Positions 21,466 through 30,749 of a DNA stretch of 64,000 nucleotides are shown piece by piece. A model generated the notes under the pieces. That model did no database searches and had not been told where the DNA came from. It saw nothing but the letters and a program-made list of their open reading frames with translations. Source of the stretch: Longimicrobiales bacterium (GTDB taxonomy: Bacteria; Gemmatimonadota; Gemmatimonadetes; Longimicrobiales; Gaopeijiaceae); assembly GCA_965116905.1 (NCBI GenBank), contig OZ220732.1, positions 3,328,001-3,392,000 on the forward strand. The letters run 5' to 3'. Both the position numbers and the translations under genes were made by a program. The first letter of the stretch is position 1. Each line of letters starts with the position of its first letter.

Positions 21466-22569
21466 GTGACCAACGTGAGCGTCCTGCGCCGCTATTTGCT
21501 CCCCGGCTTCATGTTCCAGTCGGTCGTGATCGCCGGCGGATACGGCACCGGCCGCGAGTTGGCCGAGTTCTTCCTTTCGCACGGTCCGCTGGGCGGCATT
21601 CTCGCCATGGCGCTGTCCACCGCCGTCTGGAGCGCGGTGTGCGTCGTGAGCTACGAGTTCGCGCGCGTGTTCCGCGCCTTCGACTACCGAAGCTTCTTCC
21701 AGCGGCTGCTGGGTCCATACTGGATCGCGTTCGAGATCCTCTATCTCGCGCTCATGATGATCGTGCTCGCGGTGATCGCCGCGGCCGCCGGATCAATCAT
21801 GGAGGAGACTTTCGGCCTGCCCTACCTTGCCGGCGCGATCGGCATCCTGACGCTCGTCGGCTTCCTGGTCTTCGGCGGGAACCGCGTCATCGAGCGGGCC
21901 TTCGCCGGATGGTCGGGCGTGCTGTATCTGGTCTACTTCATCTTCTTCATCCTTTGCATGCGCAACTTCGGCCCCGCCATCCACGCGTCCTTCGCCGCCG
22001 GGGTTGCGGAGCCCAGCTGGATCCGGGGCGGCCTCGAGTACGCGGGGTACAACCTGGCCGTCCTCCCCGCCGTCCTCATCACGATTCGCCACCACCGGAG
22101 CCGCAGGGACACCCTGATCGCCGGGTTGCTCACCGGACCGATCGCGATGATCCCCGCCCTGCTCTTCTTCGTGGCGATCGCCGGCGAGTACCCGGAAATC
22201 GTGGTGGCAACCGTTCCGGTGAACTACATGCTGGAGATGCTCGGCTCGCGCGGCTTCCAGATCGCCTTCCAGGTGATGCTGTTCGGGACGCTGGTCGAGA
22301 CCGGCGCCGGGATGATCCATGCCGTCAACGAACGGATCGCTCAGACGTACGAAGAGAGGGACCGGGAGCTCTCGCCGCGAACGCGTGTCATCGCCGCGCT
22401 GGTGATGCTGGGCCTGGGGGCGTTGATCGCCCAACTGGGCCTCGAAACGCTGATTGCCCAGGGCTACGGCTGGATTACCTACGGCTACCTCGCGGTATTC
22501 GTCGCCCCCGTGCTGACCTGGGGCGTGGTCCTCATCCGCCGCCGGCGCGCAGCCGCCGAAAGCGCCTGA
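21466..22569 (+). CDS. YkvI-family membrane protein (putative amino-acid transporter)
   Basis: N-terminal SVVIAGGYGTGRELAEFF motif and about 10 hydrophobic segments. Confidence 0.75.
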   Translation: MTNVSVLRRYLLPGFMFQSVVIAGGYGTGRELAEFFLSHGPLGGILAMALSTAVWSAVCVVSYEFARVFRAFDYRSFFQRLLGPYWIAFEILYLALMMIVLAVIAAAAGSIMEETFGLPYLAGAIGILTLVGFLVFGGNRVIERAFAGWSGVLYLVYFIFFILCMRNFGPAIHASFAAGVAEPSWIRGGLEYAGYNLAVLPAVLITIRHHRSRRDTLIAGLLTGPIAMIPALLFFVAIAGEYPEIVVATVPVNYMLEMLGSRGFQIAFQVMLFGTLVETGAGMIHAVNERIAQTYEERDRELSPRTRVIAALVMLGLGALIAQLGLETLIAQGYGWITYGYLAVFVAPVLTWGVVLIRRRRAAAESA

Positions 22570-23743
22570 TCGCGGCGATTCCCGCGGCGGGCCCGAAGGC
22601 GAGGAAGGCGAAGGCCCAGGCCCAGCCCGTGATTCCGGCCACCACGGGCACAGCCTGGATTGTGGCCGCGGCAAGCAGGAATCCGAGGCAGGTCTGGAGC
22701 GTCAGGGCGGTCCCCGCCGCGCCGCGAGGGGCGACCTCGGTGACCAGCGCGCTGAACTGCGCCGAGTCGGCCACCACGAAGAAGCCCCACGCGAGCGTGG
22801 CGGCGGCGACCAGTATGAACGCCTTCCCGAACAGGAACCCGATCGCGAGGCAGCACACGCCGCTCGCGGCCATGCACTGGATCACAAGCCGTTCCCGGCC
22901 CATCCGGTCCGCCGCCCAGCCACCCAGTACACACCCCAGGCCACCGGCGGCCAGGGCCCCGAAGCTGGCGAGCTCCACCCACTCGTGCCCCGCGCCAGCG
23001 GCCTCGCTCGATGCCGCAAGGAACACCGGAACCCACGCCCACATCGCGTACAGCTCCCACATGTGCCCCAGATAGCCGCCCGTGGCAAGCCGCGTCTCGC
23101 GGTGGCGCAGCACGGTGCGAACGAGGCCCCATGAAAAGGGACGGCGGGAGAAGGGGAACGGACCGTCGCGATAGAACAGCGCCACCAGGACCGCCCCCAG
23201 CAGGGCACCGATCGAGGCCCCGAGCACCACCTGTTCCGGACCCGCCGCCGGTAGCGCCTTGAGCAGGTACGGCGTGGCCTTGCCGACGGTCAGCGCACCC
23301 ACGATGGTGCCGATCGCGAGCCCCCGCGCCGAGCGAAACCACGTGGCCGCCATCTTCATCGCGGGCGGATACACGCCCGCCAGGAGGAAACCGGTGGCGA
23401 AGCGCAGCCCGGCCGCCTGGCCGAATCCGCCGGCGAGAACCACTGCCCCGTTGGCAAGAGCGGCGAGAATGGCGGCGGCGGCGAAGTAGAGCCGCGACGG
23501 CACGATGTCGGCAAGGTTGAGCACGGCGGCCACCGCCGTCCCCGCGACGAACCCCAGGTTGACGCTGGTGGCCAGCCACCCGATCTGGCCCGGCGAGAGG
23601 CTCCACCGGGCACCCAGGTCCTCCGATACGGCGGTGGCGGTGAACCACAGCGACATCCCCAGAAGCTCGGCCACACCGACCAGAACGAGCATTCCCCAAC
23701 GGCGCGGGTCCGAATCCCCGGCGTCGTACTTCCGAGTGCTCAA
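22532..23743 (-). CDS. MFS transporter
   Basis: About 12 TM segments, with GWAADRMGR, LAGVYPPAMK and ADSAQFSA motifs. Confidence 0.88.
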   Translation of the reverse strand: MSTRKYDAGDSDPRRWGMLVLVGVAELLGMSLWFTATAVSEDLGARWSLSPGQIGWLATSVNLGFVAGTAVAAVLNLADIVPSRLYFAAAAILAALANGAVVLAGGFGQAAGLRFATGFLLAGVYPPAMKMAATWFRSARGLAIGTIVGALTVGKATPYLLKALPAAGPEQVVLGASIGALLGAVLVALFYRDGPFPFSRRPFSWGLVRTVLRHRETRLATGGYLGHMWELYAMWAWVPVFLAASSEAAGAGHEWVELASFGALAAGGLGCVLGGWAADRMGRERLVIQCMAASGVCCLAIGFLFGKAFILVAAATLAWGFFVVADSAQFSALVTEVAPRGAAGTALTLQTCLGFLLAAATIQAVPVVAGITGWAWAFAFLAFGPAAGIAAIRRFRRLRAGGG

Positions 23744-23797
23744 TCGGGTCTGCGGTCCCGTGTCGCGGCCGGTGGCCTCCGCAGCCGGCCGGCGAAC

Positions 23798-25288
23798 TCA
23801 GGGGGACGCGTCAACCAGCCCGAATCCATCCTGCAGCATGGACAGGCCAGCCGGGTTCAAGACCACGTAGGCTGTGTCTCCCGGTACCAGGCCGCACTCG
23901 AGCAGCGCCTCCCGGAGGCGGCCCATTTCGGGGCCGTTGGGATCGTAGGATCGCCAGATCACGGAGGCCGCATCCACGCCGGCCGGGTGCACAAAGGGAA
24001 TCTTGGCGGACTCGTCGAGACCCACGCCCAGATGCTGGGCAACCGCTCCGGAGATCTTCTGGCTGTTGCCCTTGAGATGATGCCCGCCGATCGTGAAATG
24101 AAGAACCGGCCGCCCCTCGCGGGTCCAAACGACGTCCCGTGCCTCGGACAGGCTCTGCACGGGCGTTTTCGGCCGTTCGACGACGCGGACCGTGTCCCCT
24201 ACGACCTGGAACTTCCTCGTGCCGATGTAGTTCCTGACCGTAGCGGGAAGTACGTCGAAGCGCGCCGGAATCTCGTCGACCAGCGACGCCACGCTGGCTT
24301 CGCCGCCGCCATCGTTGATCCGCTTCATGATCGCCTCGACGACGCCCTCGTAGGGCTCTTCCGCCCACTCGGCAAGCCCCCAGCGATCCTTGGTGAACCG
24401 CACGAAAAGCGGATCCGACGACAACAGGCTGGAGAGAGAGGAGCTGTCCGCCAGCCCGCCAACCTCCGCGATCGTCTCCCTCCGGCATGGCCGGTCCAGC
24501 TGCCGCAGCGCCACGTAGACGCGTGCCCTTCGCGTGTCGCGGACCACGAGACTGGGGCCGATGCGGACCAGGCGCGCGTTGCGGACCAGCGCTTCCCACT
24601 CGCGGGATTCGCCGTCGCCGACGACCGACCGCAGGCGCTCCTCGTCGACGACCCCCGCTTCGTTGGCAAAGCCGGGCGCGAGCATGCGCGCGTCCGCGAT
24701 CGATTCCCTGAAGCGCTCGTCCCCCACGACACCGTCCAGGCGTTCGTATCCGCCCGCCGACATTACGGCGACCTCCGCGGCCGTCCTCAAATCGGAAGGC
24801 GCATCGCCCACGAGCAAGTCGAGAATCCTGTCGAACTTCTCCGGTTTGGCGGCCGACCCCACGGCGCGCCGCAGCCACCCCACCGCCCTCGCGATGGAAT
24901 CGGACACCTGCAGGTCCACCGCGTACCGCAAACGGACCTCCAATTGCCGGGCCCGCTCGCGGCTGACCCCGAACTCGTCGCCCAGCGCGGCCAGCTTCAC
25001 CGGATCCCGGGCGTACGTCCTCCTGAGCGCGATCCGCCGACGCCTCTCGTCGAGACTCTGCAGGGCGTTCGCAAACTCTTGCCCTATCTGTATTTCGGAG
25101 CGCAGCGCCGACGCGGATCCGGTGAAGTCGATCTCGCCGGCCACGGTCTCGAGACCGCTCTGCTCCAGGAGCGAGTTCCAGTCAATGCCGGTCAGGTCGG
25201 CTACGGTATCGGCGCCGTGAAAGAGGACCGCGCACGCCAGAAGTCGGTCCACGGCATCATGGTAGTCGGCGTAGTCGGGCTGGGTCAT
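23798..25288 (-). CDS. Sigma70-region-4-like HTH protein with downstream winged-helix (HARE-HTH-like) domains
   Basis: LDERRRRIALRR...LAALGDEFGVSRERARQLE is sigma region 4. LSSDPLFVRFTKDRWGLAEW resembles HARE-HTH/RNAP delta. No sigma region 2 recognised. Confidence 0.7.
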   Translation of the reverse strand: MTQPDYADYHDAVDRLLACAVLFHGADTVADLTGIDWNSLLEQSGLETVAGEIDFTGSASALRSEIQIGQEFANALQSLDERRRRIALRRTYARDPVKLAALGDEFGVSRERARQLEVRLRYAVDLQVSDSIARAVGWLRRAVGSAAKPEKFDRILDLLVGDAPSDLRTAAEVAVMSAGGYERLDGVVGDERFRESIADARMLAPGFANEAGVVDEERLRSVVGDGESREWEALVRNARLVRIGPSLVVRDTRRARVYVALRQLDRPCRRETIAEVGGLADSSSLSSLLSSDPLFVRFTKDRWGLAEWAEEPYEGVVEAIMKRINDGGGEASVASLVDEIPARFDVLPATVRNYIGTRKFQVVGDTVRVVERPKTPVQSLSEARDVVWTREGRPVLHFTIGGHHLKGNSQKISGAVAQHLGVGLDESAKIPFVHPAGVDAASVIWRSYDPNGPEMGRLREALLECGLVPGDTAYVVLNPAGLSMLQDGFGLVDASP

Positions 25289-25344
25289 CAGGTGTTTCTC
25301 ACAGGGGTCAAGCAAACGAGGCCATCATAATGAGGGGAACTCAT

Positions 25345-25373
25345 AGTATACTGCGAAAACACCTTTTCGTCAA
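25345..25373 (-). promoter_or_regulatory. Sigma70 promoter TTGACG-N17-TATACT with embedded palindrome
   Basis: -35 at 25368-25373, -10 at 25345-25350, exact 17-bp spacer. Inverted repeat CGAAAA-cacc-TTTTCG at 25354-25369. Confidence 0.75.
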
Positions 25374-25414
25374 CTGGCGTGCTCCCGGGTGGCGTGCTTA
25401 TCCTGTCCTCCACC

Positions 25415-26575
25415 ATGAGCCGGCGCACAGCTGTTCGTACCCACACGTTCACCGAGTCCGTCATCCGCGACATGACGCGGGTCGCGCGCCGGTTCAACGC
25501 GGTCAATCTGGCCCAGGGCTTCCCCGACTTCCCTGCTCCGCAACTGCTGAAGGACGCGGCGTGCAGGGCGATCCAGGACGACGTCAACCAATACGCCATC
25601 ACCTGGGGCACACCTGCGTTGCGTGCGGCCCTCGCGCGCAAGTACCGGGAATGGTACGGGATCGAGGTGGACCGCGACCGTGAGGTGACCGTCACCTGCG
25701 GGGCCACCGAGGCAATGGCCGCCGTGATGCTGGCGACGATCGACCCGGGAGACGAAGTCGTCGTCCTCGAGCCGTTCTACGAGAACTACGGACCGGACGC
25801 GGTCCTGTGCCAGGCGACGCCGGTGTTCGTGCCGCTGTCGTTGCCGGGGTTTCGGCTGGACCCGGATCGTCTCGAGCGGGCGGTGGGTCCGCGTACCCGC
25901 GCGATCGTGATCAACACGCCCAACAATCCCTCCGGCCGCGTCTTCGACGACGGCGAAATGGAGGCGGTTGCGAAGCTCTGCATCGAGAACGACCTCCTGG
26001 CGATCACGGACGAGATCTACGAGCACATCGTCTACGAGGGCGCGCACATTCCACTGGCCGGACTGCCCGGAATGCGCGAACGGACGATCATCATCTCCGG
26101 CCTGTCCAAGACCTTCAGCGTGACCGGATGGAGAGTCGGCACGATCGTTGCACCCGCCCACCTGACCGACGCGATCCGCAAGGTCCACGACTTCCTCACG
26201 GTCGGAGCGCCGGCTCCGCTCCAGGAGGCGTGCGCGGCGGGCATCGAGGCATTGGGAAGCGACTACTACGAGGGCATCGCTCGGGACTACCTGAGGCGCC
26301 GTGACGTGCTCTACACAGGGCTTCGCGAGTCGGGCTTCGCCTGCCGGCCGCCCCAGGGCGCGTACTACATCATGGCCGGCTATTCGGAGCTCAGCGCCCT
26401 CGACGACACCGCCTTCAGCACCTGGCTCGCCCGTGAATGCGGCGTCGCGCCCGTTCCCGGGTCATCCTTCTACAACCGGCACGAGGACGGGAACGGGCTG
26501 GTGCGCTTCGCCTTCTGCAAGAAGGTGGAAACCCTGGAGCGCGCGGTCGCGCGGCTCCGCCGCTTCTTCGCCTGA
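25415..26575 (+). CDS. Class I/II PLP aminotransferase (YbdL/kynurenine aminotransferase-like)
   Basis: NLAQGFPD, NTPNNPSG, DEIYEH, SKTFSVTGWRVG and VRFAFCK. Confidence 0.9.
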   Translation: MSRRTAVRTHTFTESVIRDMTRVARRFNAVNLAQGFPDFPAPQLLKDAACRAIQDDVNQYAITWGTPALRAALARKYREWYGIEVDRDREVTVTCGATEAMAAVMLATIDPGDEVVVLEPFYENYGPDAVLCQATPVFVPLSLPGFRLDPDRLERAVGPRTRAIVINTPNNPSGRVFDDGEMEAVAKLCIENDLLAITDEIYEHIVYEGAHIPLAGLPGMRERTIIISGLSKTFSVTGWRVGTIVAPAHLTDAIRKVHDFLTVGAPAPLQEACAAGIEALGSDYYEGIARDYLRRRDVLYTGLRESGFACRPPQGAYYIMAGYSELSALDDTAFSTWLARECGVAPVPGSSFYNRHEDGNGLVRFAFCKKVETLERAVARLRRFFA

Positions 26576-26608
26576 GCCGGTCGCGGACCCGGCCCGTTTC
26601 GGGGGCCG

Positions 26609-26634
26609 TGAAACATCTTCGCGCGACAGGCGTA
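26609..26634 (+). promoter_or_regulatory. Candidate ECF-sigma promoter TGAAAC-N16-CGTA
   Basis: Exact match to the SigW-type consensus, ~125 nt upstream of the 26760 ORF. Confidence 0.5.
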
Positions 26635-26759
26635 TCTGACCACCGTGCGGCGAAAGGATTCCGGCGCGGTGCCGGGATCGGAGTCCGCCGCCGGGGCGCG
26701 GACAGCGTGAACGGCCAGCGCCCGAACCCAACATCCGCTTCAGGAGACGGAGAATCGAT

Positions 26760-27299
26760 ATGCAGATCAACACAGGATGGACCCGTGCCGCGATGGCGGC
26801 AGTACTGGTGGCCGGCAGCGCCGCTGCGGCTTCCGCGCAGACCACCGCCAACGTCCCCGTGGGCGAGATCGAAACCCTCGAGATGAAGGCTCAGGAGCAC
26901 ATGCAGAAGCTGGGCGACTGGGGCCGCGCGGCCACACTGTTCCGCCGGGCGGCCGAGCTTCGCCCGTCGAGCGACCCGGTGGGGGTGGACGACCTCCTTC
27001 AGGCGGCTCGCCTTGCCTACTACCACGGCGACAAGGGTGATGCCGTGCGTGACTTCGAGGCGGCAGGCCGGCGCGCGCTCGCGCTCGGCGACGTGATCGC
27101 GGCCGCGAACGCGTTCGTGGACGCCGCATGGGTCGCCGACGAGAACGGTCGTGGCGCGAAGGCGCTGGACCTGGTCGACCGGGCCCGGCTGCTCGCCAAT
27201 TCGCCCCTCATGCCGGACGAGATCCGGGACAACCTTCGGAACCGCTGGATCGAGTCGACGGTTTCCGCGGTCTCCACCACTTCCGGCGCGACCCAGTAG
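26760..27299 (+). CDS. Secreted alpha-helical (TPR-like) hypothetical protein
   Basis: Signal peptide ending ASA-Q, GGAG RBS, amphipathic helix pattern, followed by a terminator. Confidence 0.75.
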   Translation: MQINTGWTRAAMAAVLVAGSAAAASAQTTANVPVGEIETLEMKAQEHMQKLGDWGRAATLFRRAAELRPSSDPVGVDDLLQAARLAYYHGDKGDAVRDFEAAGRRALALGDVIAAANAFVDAAWVADENGRGAKALDLVDRARLLANSPLMPDEIRDNLRNRWIESTVSAVSTTSGATQ

Positions 27300-27369
27300 C
27301 GCGACGCGGCAACGCGACTGAGCGCGACTGAAACGCACCGCCGGATGGCGCGGCGGGCGTTTGCATGCC

Positions 27370-27409
27370 GGACGGGGCGCCTCCGCCGAGGAGGCGCCCC
27401 GTCCTTTTT
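27370..27409 (+). terminator. Rho-independent terminator
   Basis: Perfect 15-bp stem GGACGGGGCGCCTCC / GGAGGCGCCCCGTCC, 5-nt loop, then TTTTT. Confidence 0.9.
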
Positions 27410-30040
27410 CTAGTCTTCCGCCGCCCGGAGTACCTGCAGCGGTGTGGCACGGCCGCCTCCCCGCCCGCTGGCCGCGCCCGTGAGCACCGTCAGGCCCACC
27501 ACCGCCACCCATATGAGTGCGGTGGCACCCAGGGCGGGCCGGTAGTCCAGTCCGAAGAGGCGGACGGTCAGCAGCCAGCTGGCCGCGATGGACAGGACGC
27601 TGCCGGCAAGCCCCGCCAGGGCTCCGAGCGCGACGTATTCGCTCAGGAGGATCCGGCGTACCTGGTTGAACCTGGCCCCCAGCGTCCGAAGGAGGGCGCC
27701 CTCTCGCCGACGCTGTGCACGCGTCGACGCGATCGATCCCGTCATCACGATCAGCCCGGCGGCCGTACAGATCCCGGCCAGAATCCGAACGGCGGCGACC
27801 ACGCGCGAAAGAACGGCCTCGACCGTCTCCCTGATCGTCACCACGTCCAGAACCGCCACGTTGGGATGGTCCCGGACCAGCGCTTCCTGGAACCGGGCCC
27901 GATCGTCGCCGTCCGGCACGCTGGCGAGCATGATGCTGGTACGCGGCAGGTCCTCCAGCACGCCCGGCTCGAAGACCACGAAGAAGTTGGTGTCCAGGCG
28001 TGCCCAGTCCACGCTGCGCACATTGCCCACGACGGTCCGGATCTCCCTGCCGGCCACCGTCCACGTGATCTCGTCACCTACACCCACGCGCAGGTCGTCG
28101 GCCAGTTCCTCCTCGACCGACACACGGCCCGTTTGCGGCGATCCCGACTGCCGCGGTCTCCCGTCCTGCGTCCCCGCTTCCTGTGACCTCCCGTCCTGCG
28201 ACCCCGCTTCCTGCGACTTCGCTTCCTGCGGCACCGCTTCCCCACCATCCCACCACTCCCCCGCGACCACGGCCTCGCTCTCCTTCAACTCGGCGCGATA
28301 GGTGTTCCTGTACTCGCGCCGCAACGTCCAACGTTCGGGACGGCGTTCGTCGAGGCTGTCGGCCAGGATATCGGTTACGGGACGGCCGTTCAGCGCGGCC
28401 AGGCGGGCCGTCACCATCGGCGCCACCTCCGGCGCGCCCTCCGAGTACCGGCTCAGCAGGGCCTCGACCGGCGCCTCCTGGTCCGGCTGGATGTCGAAGA
28501 GGATCATGTTGGCCGCGTTGGCGCCGCGCTCGAAAGAAAGTTCCCTTGCGAGGTTGCGTTGCAGCTGGGCGATCACGCCCACCACGAGCACGCCGAAACC
28601 GAGAGCCAGCGTCACGGCGACCGTCTGGTTGCCGGGGCGATGGAGGTTGGCCACTCCCTGCCGTACCGTGTAGCCGAATCGACGCGGGAAGAACCTGCGG
28701 GTGCCGCGGGCGAGACCCAGCGCGACGAACCAGAGCAGCCCGGTGATCACCGCCAGGCCACCCGCGAACGACACGCCGGCCCCGGGCGACGGAGCCTCGA
28801 AAAGCGTGAGCGCCAGGACGGTCGCGGCAAGTAATGCCACGGCCGCAATCCGCTCGCGGTCCCGGCGCCGCGTACCCTCGGCCACCACCCGCAGGGTTTG
28901 CAGGGGTGAGACGTGCCGCACTTCCAGCAGCGGCAGGAGCGCGAAGATGAAGGCGATCCACGTCCCCAGCGCGAGCCCGAAAGCGACCGACCCGGCGGAG
29001 ATCGACAACTCGACCTCGACGGGCAGGACATCCCGGATGAGGAGGGGGAGGAAGCGCTGCACGGCGAGCCCGGCCACCACCCCGAAAACGGCGCCCACGA
29101 ATCCCATCCCGACCGATTGCAGAAGGTAGGTGGCAAACACCTGCCGGCGTGTTGCCCCCACGCAGCGCAGCACCGCGATGGATGTGAAGTTGGCGCGCAC
29201 GAACACGTTGACCGCACTGCCCACGCCGATACCTCCCAGCAGCAGCGCAGCCAGGCCGACCAGGCCCAGGTAGTCGGCGAAGAAGTCGGTGGACCGCGTC
29301 AGGGAGCGGGCGTGTTCCTCCGGCGTGCGAAACGACACCCGGGCGGCGCGCAGCACCTCTTCGTGCGCCTCCTCGATCTCGTCCGGATCCGCGCCCGCCG
29401 GAAGCCGGAGGTAGACGTTGTGCCTCGAAAGGCTCCCCGTTCCGAGAAGTCCGGTAGCCGGGAGCCGATCGTGCGCGACGAAGACGCGCGGTCCCGTGGC
29501 GGTCTGGAACCCCACGTCGGTGGGCAGGCCGGCTACGGTCCCCGCGACCACGAAGTCGGCACGCCCCAGGCGCAGGACATCGCCCGCTGCGATGCTCATC
29601 TGGGCCATCAGGGCGGGATCGACGAGCACGGCGCCCCGTGCCAGCCCTCCCCACAGGCCCGGCGGATCGGTGGTGACCTGTCCGTAGTAGGGGAAGCCGG
29701 GTTCCACGCCCCGCAATTGAACGAGCCGGGTGCGACCGCTCTCCTCGGCCAGCGCCATCGACAGGAGACCGGTCACCCGCGCCGCCTCGGCGCCCCCCGC
29801 CACCAGTGAGTCGACGATGCCCGTCACCGAATCGGGCAGCGGCCGGTTGGCCCCGATCCGGACATCCGCCCCCAGCAGGGTCCGGTTTTCCGCCTCGATC
29901 GAACGGACGACGTCGTCGCGGAAGGAGTGCAGCGCGACCAGGGCGGCGACGCCCACCGTGATCGACGTCATGTAGACCCCGAGGCGGCGTAGCGTGGCCC
30001 GCCACTGCCGCCGCGCCATGCGGAGGGGGAACGCGTCCAT
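27410..30040 (-). CDS. FtsX-like ABC permease (YbbP family)
   Basis: Duplicated MacB/FtsX architecture, with LLGADV, IAVLRCVGA, NFFVVF and ALLRTLGA motifs. Confidence 0.88.
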   Translation of the reverse strand: MDAFPLRMARRQWRATLRRLGVYMTSITVGVAALVALHSFRDDVVRSIEAENRTLLGADVRIGANRPLPDSVTGIVDSLVAGGAEAARVTGLLSMALAEESGRTRLVQLRGVEPGFPYYGQVTTDPPGLWGGLARGAVLVDPALMAQMSIAAGDVLRLGRADFVVAGTVAGLPTDVGFQTATGPRVFVAHDRLPATGLLGTGSLSRHNVYLRLPAGADPDEIEEAHEEVLRAARVSFRTPEEHARSLTRSTDFFADYLGLVGLAALLLGGIGVGSAVNVFVRANFTSIAVLRCVGATRRQVFATYLLQSVGMGFVGAVFGVVAGLAVQRFLPLLIRDVLPVEVELSISAGSVAFGLALGTWIAFIFALLPLLEVRHVSPLQTLRVVAEGTRRRDRERIAAVALLAATVLALTLFEAPSPGAGVSFAGGLAVITGLLWFVALGLARGTRRFFPRRFGYTVRQGVANLHRPGNQTVAVTLALGFGVLVVGVIAQLQRNLARELSFERGANAANMILFDIQPDQEAPVEALLSRYSEGAPEVAPMVTARLAALNGRPVTDILADSLDERRPERWTLRREYRNTYRAELKESEAVVAGEWWDGGEAVPQEAKSQEAGSQDGRSQEAGTQDGRPRQSGSPQTGRVSVEEELADDLRVGVGDEITWTVAGREIRTVVGNVRSVDWARLDTNFFVVFEPGVLEDLPRTSIMLASVPDGDDRARFQEALVRDHPNVAVLDVVTIRETVEAVLSRVVAAVRILAGICTAAGLIVMTGSIASTRAQRRREGALLRTLGARFNQVRRILLSEYVALGALAGLAGSVLSIAASWLLTVRLFGLDYRPALGATALIWVAVVGLTVLTGAASGRGGGRATPLQVLRAAED
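28158..28240. repeat. ~5 x 15-bp in-frame tandem repeat in ybbP-like gene
   Basis: Encodes QEAKS-QEAGS-QDGRS-QEAGT-QDGRP. Confidence 0.85.
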
Positions 30041-30041
30041 C

Positions 30042-30749
30042 CTACCCGACGGCCATGCGCTGCTTCTCCACGACACGGCCTCCCTCCAGGCGCAGGATCC
30101 GGTCGGCACGGCCCGCGAGTTCCCCGTCATGCGTGACCAGCACCAGGGTCGTTCCCGTGTCGCGGTTGAGCTGTTCGAGCAGCGCCGCAACCTTCGCGCC
30201 GGTCTCGCGGTCGAGATTCCCCGTGGGCTCGTCGGCGAAGAGGATCCGGGGACGATTCGCGAATGCGCGCGCGAGCGAGACCCGCTGGCGTTCCCCTCCC
30301 GAGAGCTGCACCGGGTAGTGATGGGCCCGGTCGCCGAGCCCGACGCGATCGAGAAGCGCAGCAGCACGGACCCTGGCATGGCGCGCGGAGTGGCGGGACC
30401 CGGCCGCCGCGGCGCCCGCCAGTTCCAGGGGCACCAGCACGTTCTCGAGCGCGGTCAGGGTGGGAAGCAGGTGGAAGGTCTGGAAAACGAAGCCGATGCG
30501 GTTGACCCGGAATCGCGCTCGCTCATCTTCAGTGAGGGCGTCGAGATCCTGCCCGTCGACGATGACCCGTCCGGCCGTCGGTCGGTCGAGCCCAGCAAGG
30601 AGACCCAGAAGGGTGGTTTTCCCGCTCCCAGACGGCCCAGCCACCGCCACGAATTCGCCGGCGGGAATCTCGAGTTCGACGCCCTTGAGCACCTCCAGCG
30701 GACGGCCGCCGCTCCTGAATGTCCGGGTGAGCCCGTGGGCTTCGATCAT
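30042..30749 (-). CDS. ABC transporter ATP-binding protein (YbbA/LolD-like)
   Basis: GPSGSGKTT, IGFVFQ, LSGGERQR and FADEPTGNLD. Confidence 0.92.
   Translation of the reverse strand: MIEAHGLTRTFRSGGRPLEVLKGVELEIPAGEFVAVAGPSGSGKTTLLGLLAGLDRPTAGRVIVDGQDLDALTEDERARFRVNRIGFVFQTFHLLPTLTALENVLVPLELAGAAAAGSRHSARHARVRAAALLDRVGLGDRAHHYPVQLSGGERQRVSLARAFANRPRILFADEPTGNLDRETGAKVAALLEQLNRDTGTTLVLVTHDGELAGRADRILRLEGGRVVEKQRMAVG

Noticed and set aside
23798..25288. Bona fide sigma factor
   Set aside because: Region 4 is N-terminal and no region 2 is recognisable.
25354..25369. Palindrome as a LexA (GAAC-N4-GTTC) box
   Set aside because: The sequence is CGAAAA-N4-TTTTCG, which differs in half-site and spacing. 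Kept only as an unassigned operator.
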